A stretch of DNA of 64,000 nt, taken from assembly GCA_964016885.1 (NCBI GenBank), contig OZ024765.1:14880001-14944000 (forward strand). Direction: 5' to 3'. Below, piece after piece: positions 60,259 through 64,000 of this stretch (its first letter is position 1; each line of letters begins with the position of its first letter). This DNA is from Eledone cirrhosa (Eukaryota). The notes under the pieces are model-generated. The model saw only the letters and a list, made by a program, of their open reading frames with translations, did no database searches and was not told the origin of the DNA. The position numbers were made by a program, and so were the translations under genes.

Positions 60259-60334
60259 AACATATTACATGTGTTTCACGATCGATTAACTCGAAGCAAG
60301 ACCTATTATAGATCGAAAATTCGTCAGATATGCT
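60259..60334 (-). ncRNA. Type I hammerhead ribozyme (family M, left arm)
   Basis: Reverse complement reads agcatat-CTGACGA-attttcgat...atcgatcgt-GAAA-cacatg-TA-atatgtt. Confidence 0.72.
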
Positions 60335-60356
60335 TAGTATACAATTTCATATACTA

Positions 60357-60450
60357 AGCATATCTGAAGACCTTTCGATTACAGAGCCAGGTTCGATCTA
60401 TAATAGGTCTTGCCTCGAGTTGATCGATAGTGAAACATATGTAATATGTT
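60357..60450 (+). ncRNA. Type I hammerhead ribozyme (family M, right arm)
   Basis: agcatat-CTGAAGA-cctttcgatt...gatcgatagt-GAAA-catatg-TA-atatgtt; palindromic ACATATGT; lies in an imperfect palindrome ~60228-60470. Confidence 0.75.
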
Positions 60451-60487
60451 ATTATGCAACACTGAATCCCTATTAATTATCCTTACA

Positions 60488-60549
<62 letters not shown>

Positions 60550-60706
60550 TATTATTTTTATACTTTGGGAGGGTCATGTTGCAAATAAGAAACACACGCA
60601 CCATGGCTTTCACTCCAATTTATTATAAATTAAATTTATAAATTTAAGAATTTAGATATTTCCGGTTGGTTGGTTGGTTCCATAACCGGACTGTTGTTCA
60701 TATATT

Positions 60707-60749
60707 GTCAAAATTCTTTCGTCACACATTCTGTGACCTCTTCAGTGAC
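60707..60749 (-). ncRNA. Type I hammerhead ribozyme (family A)
   Basis: Reverse complement reads gtca-CTGAAGA-g-gtcac-agaatgt-gtgac-GAAA-gaat-TT-tgac; element ~60630-60805 is homologous to ~2545-2715. Confidence 0.78.
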
Positions 60750-60816
60750 TGGGGATTCTTTTCTTTGTTTTGTGCCTCTCCTTTGTTCTGTCCTACGCCA
60801 TCTTGTTTTTATAAGA

Positions 60817-60905
<89 letters not shown>

Positions 60906-61965
60906 GTATATATGTATATGCTGGAGCCATTACTTTATGATTGACCTAGAAACGACGAAATACAATGATGCAAAGTTTGCCTCGGCGGGATTTGATCTTA
61001 ACAGAAGCAGAAAATAGAAATAATTGCCGTATCACATTTGATCCAACGTTCTCATGACTATCAAATTGTGACCAATATCACAACCATTGCAATATATAAT
61101 AGTATATATACATTACACATCAAACTAACACAGAAGGAACCTGGATAGAAAGACATCAGTGGAATAACTCATAACTATCTTAGGCAGAATCTTACAAGAA
61201 GAAAAAAGAAGCAATTGAAACTCGCTGAATATCGATCATGAAAGCAATATGAATTCAAAAATATGGCGCACAGACTAACCTAGCAACAAGCTAGAGCTTC
61301 CTAGCAATCTACTAAATCTAGACACCAGTAGCAAATTATTTCATGAGAGCCAAAAATGAAAGTCTTGTGTCAACGGTCAAATAATATTTCAGTTAGAGCG
61401 AAAGCAAATGAGAAACAGACGCTACATTAATGTGATAATTCTCGTCTGAAATAACACTGAAATATCACAAGCGTCATTGAAAAATGTTTCATATAGCGAA
61501 AAGACGAAAAGAGAGACAACACATCGTGTGTGGGATGGACGTGAGGCTGCGAGAGGAGGGAAAGAAATGAAGGAAGAAAAAATAAATTAAAAAAATGAAA
61601 GAAAAAGAAAATAACATAAGGGAAAAAAATGAAATAATAAACAAATAAATATAAACATAAAAATATCTAATAAACAATAACACAAACAAATACACAAAAC
61701 ATAGAGTGAAGAAAATACAAGATATGAAAAATGGCGAAAAAAAAATGGCGTCAAGAAGACGAGAAAATGAGAGAGATATTTTACTGTAAAAGTTATTACT
61801 GAGGCACGATTTAATACACAAACGTGTAGACGTAAAAGAGGACAGTAGCACTCAATACGTTTCCAGAGAGTATTTTATTATTTTGTTTCTGTTACAATGC
61901 TGTTAATGTTATTCTATATTGCTTCTTGCTTACTCCGAGTTTAGCGATTCCTACCTGATAATCTC

Positions 61966-62045
<80 letters not shown>

Positions 62046-62049
<4 letters not shown>

Positions 62050-62458
62050 ATAATAATAAATTTGAAGACTAAAATCCAAAGAGGGCTCGATAAGGATAAA
62101 TAGATATCAAATATATAAGAACCGCAGAGAAAATATTTATTAAAATAACAGATTAAAGTTTAAGCAAAGAATCGCTGCTTTCACCCTTAACGGGATCTTC
62201 TGAACCTAAGTTTCAGAAGATCCCGTTACGGGTGAAAGCAGCGATTCTTTGCTTACACTTTAGCCAGTTATTTTAATATATATATATATATATATATATA
62301 GTAACAATAATAAATATGAAGACTAAAATCCAAAGAGGGCTCGATAAGGATAAATATATATCAAATATATAAGACCCCTAGAGCAAATATTTATTAAAAT
62401 AACAGATTAAAGTTTCAGTAAAGAATCACTGCTTTCACGCTTAACGGGATCTTCACAG
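62046..62458. mobile_element. Family N: fold-back element plus direct duplicate, with hammerhead-like motifs carrying a variant core
   Basis: 62046-62201 is repeated at 62300-62455; inverted arm 62212-62277; aagttt-CAGAAGA-tcccgttacgggt-GAAA-gc..gc-TT-acactt. Confidence 0.7.
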
Positions 62459-62903
62459 TATTCAGCTCTTACAACCCCCTATCCCCTTTTGAACTATTGT
62501 CCACTAGATTAAACAATCCAATCACAGCATATTTTTTACATCAACAAAACAACTTGTTCTCATTACCAGTCAACTTTTCAGGAAGCATGATGGAAGAAAT
62601 TTTACTAAAACATTCGATTTTGATTTTAATTTTAAACCTTTCTTTACTCCTACCAACTCTTTTTTTTAATTAACCTTTTTCACTGAATTTGACAAGATGG
62701 ATCTTAATACATCGAAACCGGTAATTTTCTCATATACTTTTTATACTTCATAAAACATTAAAAAAAAAAGAATTGTCCCTCTCTTTTTTTAATAACATTA
62801 TCTTTTTAATAATGTCACTTTGACGAATCAAAAAAGAAAAACAGACCCTTAAATATATCTCCCGTGCTATTTCCAACATCAACTTTCTCTCTCTTTCTCT
62901 CTC

Positions 62904-62992
<89 letters not shown>

Positions 62993-63044
62993 ATATATAC
63001 ATATATATACACACATATATATATGTATATATACATATATATAT

Positions 63045-63094
<50 letters not shown>

Positions 63095-63147
63095 GTATGT
63101 ATATATACATATATGTATATATATATATATATATGTATATATATGTG

Positions 63148-63179
<32 letters not shown>

Positions 63180-63211
63180 TGTATATATATATATATATGT
63201 ATATATATATG

Positions 63212-63275
<64 letters not shown>

Positions 63276-63371
63276 AAAGTACATATATGTATATATATAT
63301 ATATGTATATATATATGTATATATATATATATATATATAAGTACATATATGTATATATATATATAAGTACA

Positions 63372-63412
<41 letters not shown>

Positions 63413-63457
63413 GTATATATATGTATATATATATATATTTTATATATATATATATTT

Positions 63458-63524
<67 letters not shown>

Positions 63525-63550
63525 ATATATATACATACATTCATAGATAC

Positions 63551-63628
<78 letters not shown>

Positions 63629-64000
63629 GTACATATACATGTGTGTGTCTATGTACATATAACCATTAAAAGGGCGCTATTTATGTTTAACACTTGCCGG
63701 TTGTTTCCAAAGCCTCAGCTAGTTACATATTAAGGTCGATTGCTAATCAGATTCTCTATGTCGCGGTTTACTTGACCTGCAATATTCGCAGAATTCTGAC
63801 AAATAGCATCCTGCAATTTACTCTCTTTAATATATGTATGAAACCACGCTTAGTCGCACATAAACGCTGACATATATACACACATACTGACTTAAACAAA
63901 CATATATGCATACACACATACATATATACACACATGAATCCAGGGCTATGTATAAGTGTACATATGTGTATACATATATACATGTATATATATATATGAA

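Overview
Repeat-saturated, AT-rich animal genomic DNA, probably Octopus or another cephalopod (inferred from the SINE family and microsatellite density). I can support no host protein-coding exon. Almost all listed ORFs are translations of (TA)n/(CA)n/(GA)n/(GAT)n microsatellites; the exceptions are decayed LINE fragments (RTE-like RT and 3' ends, Tx1/L1-like 3' ends). tRNA-derived SINEs and several minisatellites are also present. Main signal: many short non-repetitive islands between the (TA)n tracts are non-coding elements from about 10 mutually dissimilar families. Most carry a type I hammerhead ribozyme motif (CUGANGA...GAAA...UH), usually with a self-complementary helix III of the minimal/dimeric type known from Penelope-like retroelements. 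By eye I count about 18 motifs with intact cores and pairing helix I, plus about 7 mutated ones and many half-motifs. Many copies are fold-back palindromes whose turning points lie in or next to the ribozyme helices, and several families share a downstream RTYGAGTRC motif. This suggests a (TA)n-targeting, ribozyme-based non-autonomous retroelement system. All calls were made by manual reading; coordinates of diffuse repeats are approximate.
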